NCBI RefSeq assembly: GCF_004010195.1
Contig: NC_057719.1
Span: 94,355,468-94,419,467, forward strand
Direction: 5' to 3'
Source of the DNA: Chiloscyllium plagiosum
Lineage: Eukaryota
Length of the DNA: 64,000 bases
Shown: positions 50,358 through 63,134 of the stretch, one piece after another
Layout: each line of letters opens with the position of its first letter
Numbering within the stretch: position 1 is the stretch's first letter
Position numbers and translations under genes: made by a program
Notes under the pieces: model-generated
Databases searched by the model: none
The model's input: the letters and a program-made list of their open reading frames with translations, nothing else
Told to the model about the DNA's origin: nothing

Positions 50358-52312
50358 TAAATTTAAGGTAAAGAGTGGAAGGTATAGGGGAGATGTCAGG
50401 GTGGGTTCTTTACCCAGAGAGTGTTGGGGGCATGGAATGCGCTGCCTGTGGGAGTGTTAGAGTGAGAATCTTTGGTGACCTTTAAGCAGCAATTGGATAG
50501 GTACATGGATGGGTGCTTAAGCTAGGACAAATGTTCGGCACAACATCGTTCTGTGCTGTATTGTTCTATGTTCTATGTTCAAAGGTAGAAGACAGAGGGT
50601 GGTGGTGGAGTGTTGTTTTTCAGACTGGAGGCCTGTGACCAGTGGAGTGCCACAAGGTCTGCTGGGTCCACTTCTCTTTGTCATTTATATAAATGATTTG
50701 GATGTGAACATAAGAGGTATAGTTAGTAAGTTTGCTGATGATACCAAAATTGGAGGTGTAGTGGACAGCGAAGAGGGTTACCTCAGATTACAACAGGATC
50801 TGGACCAGATGGGCCAATGGGCTGAGAAGTTGCAGATGGATTTTGATTGAGATAAATGTGAGGTTCTGCATTTTGGGAAAGCAAATCTTAGCAGGACTTA
50901 TACACTTAGTGGTAAGGTCCTAGGGAGTGTTGCTGAACAAAGAGACCTTTAGCTCCTTTAAAGTGGAGTCGCAGGTAGATAGGATAGTGAAGAATGCGAT
51001 TGGTATGCTTTCCTTTATTGATCAGAGTATTGAGTACAGGAGTTGGGAGGTCATTTTGTGGCTGTACAGGACATTGGTTAGGCCACTGTTGGAATATTGC
51101 ATGCAATTCTGGTCTCCTTCTGATCGGAAGGATGTTGTGAAAGTTGAAAGGGTTCAGAAAAGATTTACAAGGATGTTGCCAGGTTGGAGGATTTGAGCTA
51201 CAGGGAGAGGCTGAACAGGCTGGGGCTGTTTTCCCTGGAGCATCAGAGGCTGAGGGGTGACCTTCTAGAGGTCTGTAAAATCATGAGGGGCATGGGGATA
51301 GGATAAATAGACTAAGTCTTTTTCCTGGATTGGGGCAGCTCAGAACTAGAGGGCATAGGTAGAACATAGAACATAGAAAAGTACAGAACAGGTTCTTTGG
51401 CCCACGATGTTGTGCCGAGATTTAATCCTAATTTAAAAAATAATAACTTAATCTACGCACTCCTCAACTCAGTGCTATCCATGTGCATGTCCAACAGTTG
51501 CTTAAATGTCCCAATGACTTTGCTTCTACTGCCACAGCTGGCAACACATTCCATGCATTCATAACTCACTGTGTGAAGAACCTACCTCTGACGTCTCCTT
51601 AATACCTTCCTCCTAATATCTTCAAATTATGACTTCTCGTACCAGTCAATCCTGCCCTGGGGAAAAGCTTTTGGCTATTGACTCTATCTATTCCTCTCAT
51701 TATTTTGTGCACCACAATCAGGTCTCCTCTCTTCCCCCTTCTCTCCAGTGAGAAAAGTCCAAGCTTATTCAACTTTTCTTCATAAGACAAGCCCTTTGCA
51801 CCTTCTCCAAAATCTCTGTATCTTTCCTATAGTAGGGCGACCAGAATTGGACACACTATTCCAAGTGTGGTCTCACCAGGGCCTTGTAGAGCTGCAGCAA
51901 AACCTCGCGGCTCTTAAACTCAATCCCCCTGTTAATGAAAGTCAAAACACCATATGCTTTCTTAACAACCCTATCCAATTGGGTGTCAATTTTGAGGGAT
52001 CTGTGTACTTGCACACCCAGATCCCTCTCTTCCTCTGTTAGTGAAGAGGGGAAACATATATAAGTGACCTAAGGGGCAGCCTTTTCACGCAGAGGGAGGT
52101 ACGTGTTTGGAATAAGCTGCCAGAAGAAGTGGTGGAGGCTGGTACGATTGCAACATTTAAAAGGCATCTGGATGGGTATATGAATAGGAAGGGTTTGGAG
52201 GGATATGGGCCGAGTGCTGGCAGGTGGGACCAGATTGGGTTGGGTCACCTGTTTGGCATGGACAGGTTGGACTGAAGGGTCTGTTTCCCTGCTGTACATC
52301 TCTATGACTCTA
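50358..52312. mobile_element. CR1 cluster: 3' end (+, 50358-50580), CR1 (+, 50578-51360 and 52038-52312), nested CR1 (-, 51361-52037)
   Basis: RT motifs in ORFs 50575..50850, 50927..51196 and 51599..51790; distinct microsatellite tails. Confidence 0.88.
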
Positions 52313-53239
52313 TATTTCAATCAAGTCACCCCTCACTCTTCTAAATTTGAGTGAAAACAAGTCTGTCCAACCTTTCTTCATAAGACAGCCCGCTCATTCT
52401 GTGTATGTATCAAGGAAACTTTCTCTGAACTGCCTCCACCCATTTTCATCCTTCTTGAGATAAGGAGAACAAAACTGCACACATATTTGAGATTTGGTCT
52501 GACAAATGCACCATATTAGTATTGCGTTAGCATTTGTAAACTATATAAATGACTTGTTAACTTCATGAATAATTTTGAATTTTCTATTCAGTAGCTTTAC
52601 AAAACATACCTTTGAAGAGTGGTGTGCAATATATAAAACATCAGTGCAGCTGTTTCACCAAGGATTGGAATTTGAAAAGAACCAGATGCCATAGTTGATC
52701 TAAAGGTTGTGGGAAAGTGCCATACAAGCTAAGACTGCTTCTCATATTGATACAGGCATGTTGATTACAATTCAGAAATGATCTTTTTTATTCACTCATG
52801 GAATGCTTGGTTTTGAGATAAGTGTTAATGTACATTCATTAGAATTGTTTAACTCATTCCCTGTTTTAAACAGCTTGTTACCACTTACATTGTATTTTGT
52901 ACAGTCCTGTAATTGACAGTATTTTCAAATAATGATGTTTCTTTAATGTAAGGAGGTCTTGTAATGCATTGGGCAGTATCCCTGCCTCCAAGACCAAAAC
53001 TTTAGATTAAGCACCACTCTATGACTTGGTGGTCAAGGAAAGTGTATTCATATTGTGGCCAAAGTGAATGAATTTTAAACTAGAGGTCATTTAAACAAAT
53101 GCTGAAGGCAGGTGGCAAGAGCATGAGAAATTTCTGACCAGCCATATGATGGAAAGAGTTGGAGTCTCTATCATTACTCTCTCTGCAGTTCCACATTGCA
53201 ATATGCAAGGAGGTATGTGTTGCCAGAAACTTGCACTTG

Positions 53240-53420
53240 GGGAGAAGTTTAGCTCAGTTTTCTGGATGGACCATGTGGATCAGGTAGAGGCGAACAGCAT
53301 GTAAGTTGATTCCAGTTCCAGCTGGGGTGAATTTGGGATCTGCCTCCTGCCCTACCTGTAGAGGAGGTTATGGCGCTGTGAGTTAGACCTGTCTTTGGGC
53401 AGAGAACTTGAAGAAGATAT
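53240..53420 (+). mobile_element. Possible ancient tRNA-derived SINE relic
   Basis: ttagctcagtt A-box-like and aagttgattcc B-box-like motifs. Confidence 0.35.
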
Positions 53421-53777
53421 TTGTTCTGAAAGCAAATGTGTTATGCTATGCAGAGACCAGAGTAGAAAGAAAATGCAGTTCTTGTCTTCAAGAAAATTAT
53501 CTTCTTTGATTTTAGATTATGTTGTGATTGTAATGAGGTCGGTCAGGTGGATCTCATAGAATCAGGTTAGCAGCCCCAATCGAGGAGCCCTGGCTAACAG
53601 ATATAAACAGGATGTTCTCTTCACTCTGACAGCTGGTTTTGAAGAAGCTGGACCAGTGACTAGTACTGTGCACATGTAAATGGTGACAGGATAGTAGCCT
53701 TTCTCAAGTTATTTAAGTGGCAATGAGAGAAAAAAAAACTGAAGAAATTTGCTAGCAACAGTCGGCTTTGAATTGGG

Positions 53778-53911
53778 AGAAAATGAAGACTGCAGATGCT
53801 GGAGATCAGTCGAAAAGTGTGGTGCTGGAAAAGCACAGCAGGTCAGACAGCATCTGAGGAGCAGGAAAGTCGACATTTCATGCACAAGCCCTTCATCAGG
53901 AAGAGGGGTAA
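53778..53911 (-). mobile_element. Family-B mini-insert with HHR
   Basis: 11-bp TSD TTTGAATTGGG (53767-53777 and 53912-53922). Confidence 0.88.
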
Positions 53912-55767
53912 TTTGAATTGGGGTAAGCATTTCTGGCATCATCCCATTATTTGGGAAGCTTACTTGCTGTTGAAGGTTGGGCCATGTACATCAAAATGAT
54001 TGTGTTATCTTTTCCAGGCAAATGACAATGGGGCAGCTGAAAAGCAATGAGTAATCCTCCTGTCAGAACCGTGGGTCTAAAAGCTTTCGGTAATTTGGTG
54101 CCTAACTTTTCCTGAGGCATCAGATACTAAAACCTTTCAAGAGTTGATGGATTTAATTAAGGAATATTAAAACCCCAAGTCACCTCTAATTCTGAAACAC
54201 TGTGTTTTACTTGCCATTTTGAGAACCAGGGGAACCCATACTGGGATTTTAATGAGGTTACGATGACTGGCAAAGGCATGTGACTTTGGTTTAATCCTTA
54301 ATAAGATACTGAGAGAACATTTGGTCTGTGCAATGAATGATGTAACCATACAAAAGCACCTACTGGCTGAAGTCCAACTGGACTTCAGACAGGCACTACA
54401 CCTGGCTTTGTCATTAGAAAATGTGGCAAGTAGAACATATGAGGAAGTGGAAACCCTCGCCAATCTGGCTGAGCTTGGGGGACACCATTTGAGTGAAGAC
54501 AATTGCATAGCCTCACTCAGGACATATCCTGAACAGAGGGACTCGAGATCAGCCCACAGCTAAAGCTCAAAGCAAAGCCAAGCCTTGGCCAAATAGTTAA
54601 CATTTTCTTCAGGGTTTGGCAAGCCATTGTAGTTACAGACTCAAGAGTGCAAAAGAGGGGTGACTTGGCCTGAATTGAGTAAGAGAACTCATAGGCCGGT
54701 ATCCAGAGGAGTGCCCACTCTGGAAAGCCCACCTAACTCTGGCTTGGAACAGTTAAATTGCTTAGCAACATCCAAATCAGAACCAATTAAAGTAAACGTC
54801 TGTTTCACTGGTCACTTGCTTCTAACGGACAGTTAATACCAGCGTGGCTAGTCACAGTGATCGCAGAACCACTCTTTAACAAAATATACTCTGGACTCCA
54901 ACCCTTAAGTTTGCTTAAGACCTGGGCTAGACTGAAAACCTATATCAGGGAACATTTACAGATTAAGGGTACAACTTTAGTTCTAGAATCGTATGAGATG
55001 CAGCTGGTTCAGTTACCAATGATTGTAGTAAAAGACTCAGGCCCGAGCCTAATGGGGTGAAAATGGTTGAGAAATATTCACCTTAACTGTCTTAACAATT
55101 TTTATTCAAAATAGCACCGTGAGTGAAATCCTAATTAAATAGGTTTTTAAAGAATGTTTAGGTTTTATTAAAGGAGCCCGGGAAACCTTGCATGTTGACC
55201 AGGAAGCAATTTCATGATTCTGCAAAGCTCATCCAGAGCCATTTGCCTTATGTACAAAAGCAGAGGCAGAGATCAGGAGGCTGGAATGCAAAGGATTCAT
55301 CAAACTAGTACAGTTTGCAGAATGGGCAGCACCAGTCATACTGATTTGGGTCGGCTTTCCTTTATGGGGATTTTAAACAAACTGATAACTGTTTTTAGTG
55401 GTTGGATAAATACGCAATCCCTTGCATACAGGACTTTACATAAACCTGGTTTGAGTGGGGAGCTGCCCTTCATGAAGCTGGACATCAGTCATGCTTATCT
55501 GCAATTGTGGTTAGATGATGTTTCCCAGAAGTATGCTCCAATTAATACCCATAAGAGTTTGTACCAATATAAAGACAATGTGGGGTACCATCAGCCTATG
55601 CTTTTTCTTAGAGGATGATGGAGAACATTTTACGAGGTCTACCCCAGATCACCATTTATCTGGATGATGAGCTTTTAACAGGAAAGACCAATAAAAAGCT
55701 CTTAGAGAACTTGGACACGTCCTTAGACATTTCTCTAATGTGGGCATATGCCTTAGAAGAGAAAAAT

Positions 55768-56322
55768 AGAGTCATTGGGTCAAAGAGCTGTACAACATGG
55801 GAATAGATCCTTCGGGGAGAAAATGAGGACTGCAGATGCTGGAGATCAGAGCTGAAAATGTGTTGCTGGAAAAGCGCAGCAGGTCAGGCAGCATCCAAGG
55901 AACAGGAGAATCGACGTTTCGGGCATGAGTCCCTCTTCCTGAAGAAGGGCTCATGCCCGAAACATCGATTCTCCTGCTCCTTGGATGCTGCCTGACCCGC
56001 TGCGCTTTTCCAGCAACACATTTCCAGCAATAGACCCTTCGGTCCAACTTGTCCCTGCTGACTTGATATCCTAAATTAATCCATTCACATTTGCAAGCAT
56101 TTGGCCCATATCCCTCTGGACCCTTCCTGTTCCGATGCACTCCAGGTGCCTTTTAAATATTGTAATTGAACCAGCCTGCATCACTCCTCTGGCAGCTCAT
56201 TCCATACACACACCACCCTCTGTGTGAAAAGGTTGCCCCTTAGATCCCTTTTAAACCTTCCCCTCTCACATTAAACCTATGCCTTCTAGTTTTGGACTGC
56301 TTCACCATGAGGAAAAGCCTTG
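55768..56322 (-). mobile_element. CR1 3' end nested in the Gypsy RT region
   Basis: Reverse-complement 3' UTR and gaatgagctgccagagg. Confidence 0.85.
55816..56028. mobile_element. Family-B fold-back mini-insert
   Basis: Arms about 55851-55938 and 55941-56028; 14-bp TSD, 13/14 match (55802-55815 and 56029-56042). Confidence 0.9.
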
Positions 56323-57032
56323 GAAAGGTCTCATAGCTTTTAGAGAAGTGAAAAAGCAGCGATCATCATCTAAGGTGTTGGCCCACTATGATCCCAAGCG
56401 AGATCCGGTACTGACATGTGATGCCTCCCCATACGGTATCGGGATAGTGTTGGATTACAGTTGGACAAATGTAGAGGATCACCCAATAGCATATGCTTCC
56501 CAGATTTTGGCTGATGCACAGTGCAAATATGCCTATTTAGACATCTTTGGTGTGAAAAGGTTCAACCAATATCTTTACAGATGTAAATTTGAGATAATAA
56601 CAGGCCAGAAACCCTTGCTAGGGCTACTCAAAGAGGACAAGGCTGTGCTACCCATAGCTTCAGCTTGAATTCAGCAGTGGGCTCTCATTTTAAGTACGTA
56701 CAATTACAAGTTGCAATATCATTTGGGAGGACAAGTAGCAAATGTGGATGCCTTGAACTGCTCCTGCTAGCAGATACACCACCGTTGGAAGAGCCTGTTC
56801 TGGTTTTAAACTTTCTGGGCACTCTTCCGGTCATGACTGACGATATAAGACTGTGGACAGAAGAAAATTCAGTCCGTTAGCAACAGAAATTCCTCCTGGT
56901 GAAGTGGTAAATATGGCATTTGTTTTCAAGAAATTATTGGATGAAATTCTGAAAAGGGATTGAGGAGCAATACATTGATAATGAGTCACTATGTGAAACC
57001 ATACTCTCAGCAAATTACGTGAATGAAAATAG

Positions 57033-59095
57033 ACTTTTTAAAATTCATTCAGGGGATGAGGGCATCACTGGCTAGGCAGCATTTATTGCCTGATCCTAAT
57101 TGCCCAGAGAGTAGTTAAGAGTCAACCACATAAGTCTGGCTCACATAGGGGTAGGCATAGGGAATACTGGATGACTAAAGAAATTGAGGGTTTGGTTAAG
57201 AAAAAGAAGGAAGCGGTATAGACAGGATAGATCGAGTGAATCCTTAGAGGAGTATAAAGGAAGTAGGAGTATACTTAAGGGGGAAATCAGGAGGGCAAAA
57301 AGGGGGCATGAGATAGGGCAGGAGAATCCAAAGGGTTTTTACAAATATATTAAGGACAAAAGGGTAACTAGGGAGAGAATAAGGCCCCTCAAATATCAGC
57401 AAGGTGGCCTTTGTGTGGAGCCACAGAAAATGGGGGAGATACTAAATGAATGTTTTGCATCAGTATTTACTCTGGAAAAGGCCAGAGTAGATATAAACTG
57501 TAGGGAAATAGATGGTGACATCTTGCAAAATGTCCAGATTACAGAGGAGGAAGTGCTGGATGTCTTGAAACGGTTAAAGGTGGATGAATCCCCAGGACCT
57601 GATCAGGTGTACCCGAGAACTCTGTGGGAAGCTAGAGAAGTAATTGCTGGGCCTCTTGCTGAGATATTTGTATCATCGATAGTCACAGGTGAGTTGCTGG
57701 AAGACTGGAGGTTGGCTAACGTGGTGACACTGTTTAAGAAGGGCGGTAAAGACAAGCCAGGGAACTATAGACCGGTGAGCCTGACCTCAGTGGTGGGCAA
57801 GTTGTTGGAGGGAATCCTGAGGGACAGGATGTACATGTATTTGGAAAGGCAAGGACTGATTNNNNNNNNNNNNNNNNNNNNNNNNNNNNNNNNNNNNNNN
57901 NNNNNNNNNNNNNNNNNNNNNNNNNNNNNNNNNNNNNNNNNNNNNNNNNNNNNNNNNNNNNNNNNNNNNNNNNNNNNNNNNNNNNNNNNNNNNNNNNNNN
58001 NNNNNNNNNNNNNNNNNNNNNNNNNNNNNNNNNNNNNNNNNNNNNNNNNNNNNNNNNNNNNNNNNNNNNNNNNNNNNNNNNNNNNNNNNNNNNNNNNNNN
58101 NNNNNNNNNNNNNNNNNNNNNNNNNNNNNNNNNNNNNNNNNNNNNNNNNNNNNNNNNNNNNNNNNNNNNNNNNNNNNNNNNNNNNNNNNNNNNNNNNNNN
58201 NNNNNNNNNNNNNNNNNNNNNNNNNNNNNNNNNNNNNNNNNNNNNNNNNNNNNNNNNNNNNNNNNNNNNNNNNNNNNNNNNNNNNNNNNNNNNNNNNNNN
58301 NNNNNNNNNNNNNNNNNNNNNNNNNNNNNNNNNNNNNNNNNNNNNNNNNNNNNNNNNNNNNNNNNNNNNNNNNNNNNNNNNNNNNNNNNNNNNNNNNNNN
58401 NNNNNNNNNNNNNNNNNNNNNNNNNNNNNNNNNNNNNNNNNNNNNNNNNNNNNNNNNNNNNNNNNNNNNNNNNNNNNNNNNNNNNNNNNNNNNNNNNNNN
58501 NNNNNNNNNNNNNNNNGGTGACCTTATAGAGGTTTACAAAATTATGAGGGGCATGGATAGGATAAATAGACAAAGTCTTTTCCCTGGGATCGGGGAGTCC
58601 AGAACTAGAAGGCATAGGTTTAGGGTGAGAGGGGAAAGATATAAAATAGACCTTTTTCACACAGAGGGTAGTACAAGTATGGAATGAGCTGCCAGCGGAA
58701 GTGGTGGAGGCTGGTACAATTGCAACATTTAAGAGGCATTTGGATGGGTATATGAATAGGAAGGGTTTGGAGGGATATGGGCTGGGTGCTGGCAGGTGGG
58801 ACTAGATTGGGTTGGGATATCTGGTCAGCATGGACAGGTTGGACCGAAGGGTCTGTTTCCGTGCTGTACATCTCTATGACTGTATAACATATACATCAGA
58901 CCATGGCAATTTTCTTTCCTGAAGAATGTTAGTGAACCAGAAGGGTTTTTTTTGACAATTGACTCATGGTCATCATTAGATTCTTGATTCTAGATGTTTA
59001 TTGAATTTGAGTTCTACCACCTGCCATGGTAGGATTTGAAACTGGGTCCCCAGAATGTCATCTGGATTAACAATACCACTAGGCCATCAACCCCC
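57033..59095 (-). mobile_element. tRNA-derived SINE (DeuSINE/SacSINE1-like) split by a CR1
   Basis: Head in reverse complement gatggcctagtgg..cagtttcaaatcctaccatggcagg (about 59020-59090); tail gcatttattgcc..aagagtcaaccacat (57033-57145). Confidence 0.7.
57146..58885 (+). mobile_element. CR1-like LINE ORF2 portion spanning the N gap 57862-58516
   Basis: ENPKGFYKYIK, SPGPDQVYP, NYRPVSLTSVVGKLLE; 3' UTR and tail. Confidence 0.92.
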
Positions 59096-59567
59096 CCTGA
59101 GGTTTGATATTGCAGTTTTAAAACAGATGATGGAGATTGAAAAAACCTGTAATTTGAAATGGGTGGATAGCAGCAGTTAACTATCTGATTGATTGATTGT
59201 TTAACAAAGAAAGGGAAATATGCTGAGAATATTTTGGATACTGGAAAAAGCTCATTTGGAACTTTAATGTGTAAATAAAAAGATTTGGAAATATATGTTG
59301 TTATTTTGCTTTATTGGACTTTTATTATACATTGATTTATTTAGAAAAGGAAGGCTGTTATCATCTGCTAATGTCTAAAGGGATTCCTGAAATCCAGTGG
59401 GTTTGAGGGAGCAGGTTATTTGTTAATTAAGAGTTAATTGGATGAGCAGTGTTATGTGAGTATGAAGTGTGGTTAATGGAAATAAAGCTCTCTGTTACAA
59501 ACTGTGGGTGTCAAACCTTTTTGATCAGGTTTATAACATTTTTATCTTAGATGTTGAAAACAATTAA

Positions 59568-61890
59568 TTTGTTAACTGTGTACAAGAACATTTTCTGATT
59601 CAGTATGTGGATGTACCTACTAGAGAAGGTGCAAAACTTGACCTACTCTTGGGAAATAAAGCAGGGCAGGTGACTGAAGTGTCAGTCGGTGAGCACTTTG
59701 GGGACAGCGACCACAATTTCATTAGTTTTAAAATAGTGATAGTAAAGGATAGACCAGATCTAAAATTGAAGTTCTAAATTGGAGAAAGGCCAATTTTGAT
59801 GGTATTAGGCAAGAACTTTCGAAAGCTGATTGGGCGCAGGTGTTCGTAGGTAAAGGGACGGCTGGAAAATGGGAAACCTTCAGAAATGAGATAACAAGAG
59901 TCCAGAGAAAGTATATTCCTGTCAAGGTAAAAGGGAAGGCTGGTAGGTATAGGGAATGCTGGATGGCTAAAGAAATTGAGGGTTTGGTTAAGAAAAAGAA
60001 GAAAGCATATGTCAGACATAGACAGAATAGATCGAGTGAATCTTTGGAAGAGTATAAAGGCAGAAGGAATATATTTAAGAGGGAAATCAGGAGGGCAGAA
60101 AGGGGACATGAGATAGCTTTGGGAAATAGAGTTAAGGAAAATCCAAAGGGTTTTTACAAATGCATTAAGGACAAAAGGGTAACTAGGGAGAGAATAGGGC
60201 CCCTCAAAGATCAGCAAGGTGGCCTTTGTGTGGAGCCACAGGATATGGGGCAGATACAAAACGAGTATTTTCCATCAGTATTTAATGTGGAAAAGGACAC
60301 GGAAGATATAGAATGTAGGGAAATAAATGGTGACATCTTGAAAAATGTCCATATTACAGAGGAGGAAGTGCTGGATGTCTTGAAACGGTTAAAAGTAGAT
60401 AAATCCCCAGGACCTGATCAGGTGTACCCGAGAACTCTGTGGGAAGCTAGAGAAGTGATTGCTGGGCCTCTTGCTGAGATATTTGTATCATCGATAGTCA
60501 CAGGTGAGGTGCCAGAAGCCTGGAAGTTGGCTAACGTGGTGTCACTGTTTAAGAAAGGTGGTAAGGACAAGCCAGGGAACTATAAACCAGTGATCGTGAT
60601 GGTGGTGGGCAAGGATTAGTACTGGGTCCACTACTTTTCATCATTTATTTAAATGGTTTGGATGTGAGCAAAGGAGGTATAATTAGTAAGTTTGTTGATG
60701 ACACCAAAATTGGAGATGTAGTGGACAGCGAAGAAGGTTACCTCAGATTACAATGGGATCTTGATCAGATGGGCCAATGGGCTGAGAAGTGGCAGATGGA
60801 GTTTAATTTAGGTAAATGCGATGTTCTGCATTTTGGGAAAGCAAATCTTAGCAGGATTTCTATACTTAATGGTAAGGTTGTGGGGAGTTATGCTGAACAA
60901 AGAGACCTTGAAATGCAGGTTCATAGCTCCTTGAAAGTGGAGTCGGATAGTGACAGGATAGTGAAGAAGGTGTTTGGTATGCTTTCCTTTATTGGTCAGA
61001 ATATTGAGTACAGGAGTTGGGAGGTCATGTTGCGGCTATTCAGGACATTGGTTAGGCCACTTTTGGAATATTGCATTCAATTCTGGTCTCCTTCCGATCG
61101 GAAAGATGTTGTGAAACTTGAAAGCGTTCAGAAACAATTTACAAGGATGTTGCCAGGATTGGAGGAGTTGAGTTATAAGGAGAGGTGGTTATATGGGGTA
61201 GACCATTTAGGACAGAGATGAGGAGAAACTTCTTCACCCAGAGAGTGGTGGCTGTGTGGAATGCTCTGCCCCAGAGGGCAGTGGAGGCCCAGTCTCTGGA
61301 TTCATTTAAGAAAGAGTTGGGTAGAGCTCTCAATGATAGTGGAATCAAGGGTTATGGAGATAAGGCAGGAACAGAATACTAATTAAGGATGATCAGCCAT
61401 GATCATATTGAATGGTGGTGCAGGCTCGAAGGGCAGAATGGCCTACTCCTGCACCTATTGTCTATTGTCTATTGAGAGGTTGAATAGGCTAGGACTGTTT
61501 TCCTTGGAGCGTCAGAGGCTGAGGGGTGACCTTCTAGAGGTTTATAAAATCATGAGGGGCATGGATATGATAAATAGACAAAGTCTTTTCCCTGGAGTGG
61601 GGGAGTCCAGAACTAGAGGGCATAGGTTTAGGGTGAGAGGGGACAGATATAAAAGAGACCTAAGGGGCAACCTTTTCACTTAGAGGTTGGTACGTGTATG
61701 GAATGAGCTGCCAGAGGAAGTGGTGAAGGCTAGTACAGTTGCAAATTTAAAAGGCATCTGGGTGGGTATATGAGTAGGAAGGGTTTGGAGGGGTATGTGC
61801 CAGGTGCTGGCAGGTGCGACTAGATTGGATTGGCATGGACAAGTTGGACTGAAGTGTCTGTTTCTGTGTTGTACATCTCTATGACTCTAT
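59568..61890 (+). mobile_element. CR1-like LINE ORF2 with an internal deletion at about 60615
   Basis: ORFs 59840..60619 and 60658..61221; jumps from VVGK to QG..LGPLLF. Confidence 0.92.
61187..61473 (+). mobile_element. CR1 3' end of another subfamily nested in the CR1
   Basis: 7-bp TSD GAGAGGT (61180-61186 and 61474-61480); (CTATTGT)n tail. Confidence 0.88.
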
Positions 61891-62176
61891 GGTGTTTTAA
61901 AATTATTTTAGTTATGATTAAAAGGATACTTGTCGAATTAATTAATTTATTCAGTAAGACATGTCACATTGATTGAATTATCACTGTCATTTTATCCATG
62001 TTTCAAAATGATGAATTGGTGCCAACACTGGGTCATATTTTATGCTTGCCAAGTAAATCCAATTTTTAGAAGAATTTATTTAAACAGCACAAGTCAACTA
62101 ATATGCCATGAGCTATGGTGATGTCTCAGACAGGAGCTAAAAACAAAACAGGCAAATTCACGATAAAAGTAGCAGA

Positions 62177-62744
62177 AAATCAAACTGACAGCCAGACTAT
62201 TGCGAACACTAGGACTCATAACAGCACACAAACCAACAACCACTCTCAGACAACAACTCACCAGAACGAAGGACCCGATACCCAGCATGAGCAAAACCAA
62301 TGTAGTGTACAAAATGCAAGGACTGCACAAAACACTACATAGGACAAACAGGAAGACAGCTAACAATCCGTATCCATGATCACCAACTAGCCACGAAACG
62401 ACACGACCGGTAGCCACACACGCAGATGACAAGCAACATGAGTTCAACTGGGACAACACTACTATTATAGGACAAGCCAAACAGAGAACAGTGGTATGGC
62501 ACTCATCAATAAGCACATCGACCTGGACCCAATATACCGACCACTGCAACGGACTACCGGAAGCAGCAGATACAAATCACTATAAATGCCGGAGGAAACA
62601 TCATAGAAGCGCTTCACAGGAGGCTCCCAAGCACTGAGGATGTCACCTAGACAGGGGACGAAACGTCTGCAACACAAATTCCCAGCTCGGCGAACAGAAC
62701 CACAACAACGAGCATCCGAGCTACAAATCTTCTCCCAAACTTTG
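62177..62744 (+). mobile_element. Poseidon-like Penelope 3' end
   Basis: Same family as 7058-7605; CKDCTKHYIGQTGR; 9-bp TSD AGTAGCAGA (62168-62176 and 62745-62753). Confidence 0.9.
62631..62670 (+). ncRNA. Minimal hammerhead ribozyme motif
   Basis: GCA-CTGAGGA-T-GTCACC(TAGACA)GGGGAC-GAAA-CG-TC-TGC. Confidence 0.82.
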
Positions 62745-62898
62745 AGTAGCAGATGAAAGCTGACCAATCCAAACTAGAAGACCATGTTTCTTCATGTTTA
62801 GAGTGTTTTTAATCATTTTTAAGACCTGAGCTGCATACCAGTCAGAAAAACACCTTTTCACCTCTACTTTCTGTCTTCTGTGACTAAGACTGTTCTGT

Positions 62899-63134
62899 GA
62901 GAAAGTGAGGACTGCAGATGCTGGAGATCAGAGCTGAAAATGTGTTGCTGGAAAAGCGCAGCAGGTCAGGCAGCATCAAAGGAGCAGGAGAATCGATGTT
63001 TCGGGCATGAGCCCTTCTTCAGGAATCATCTTCACACGATGATTCCTGAAGAAGGGCTCATGCCCGAAACATCGATTCTCCTGCTCCTTTGATGCTGCCT
63101 GACCTGCTGCGCTTTTCCAGCAACACATTTTCAG
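62899..63134. mobile_element. Young family-B fold-back mini-insert
   Basis: Perfect 99-bp arms 62932-63030 and 63038-63136, 7-nt loop; perfect 15-bp TSD CTAAGACTGTTCTGT (62884-62898 and 63135-63149). Confidence 0.95.

Larger units (their letters stand above)
53520..56880 (+). mobile_element. Decayed Ty3/Gypsy element (short LTR, PBS, gag, PR, RT, RNase H)
   Basis: LTR-like 53520-53716 with TATAAA; TGGCAATGAG resembling the tRNA-Ser PBS TGGCGACGAG; KLDISHAYLQL, IYLDD, LTCDASPYGIG, PIAYAS. Confidence 0.82.

Noticed and set aside
57184..58660. 445-aa and 308-aa ORFs
   Set aside because: Length inflated by the N gap; the real part is CR1 ORF2
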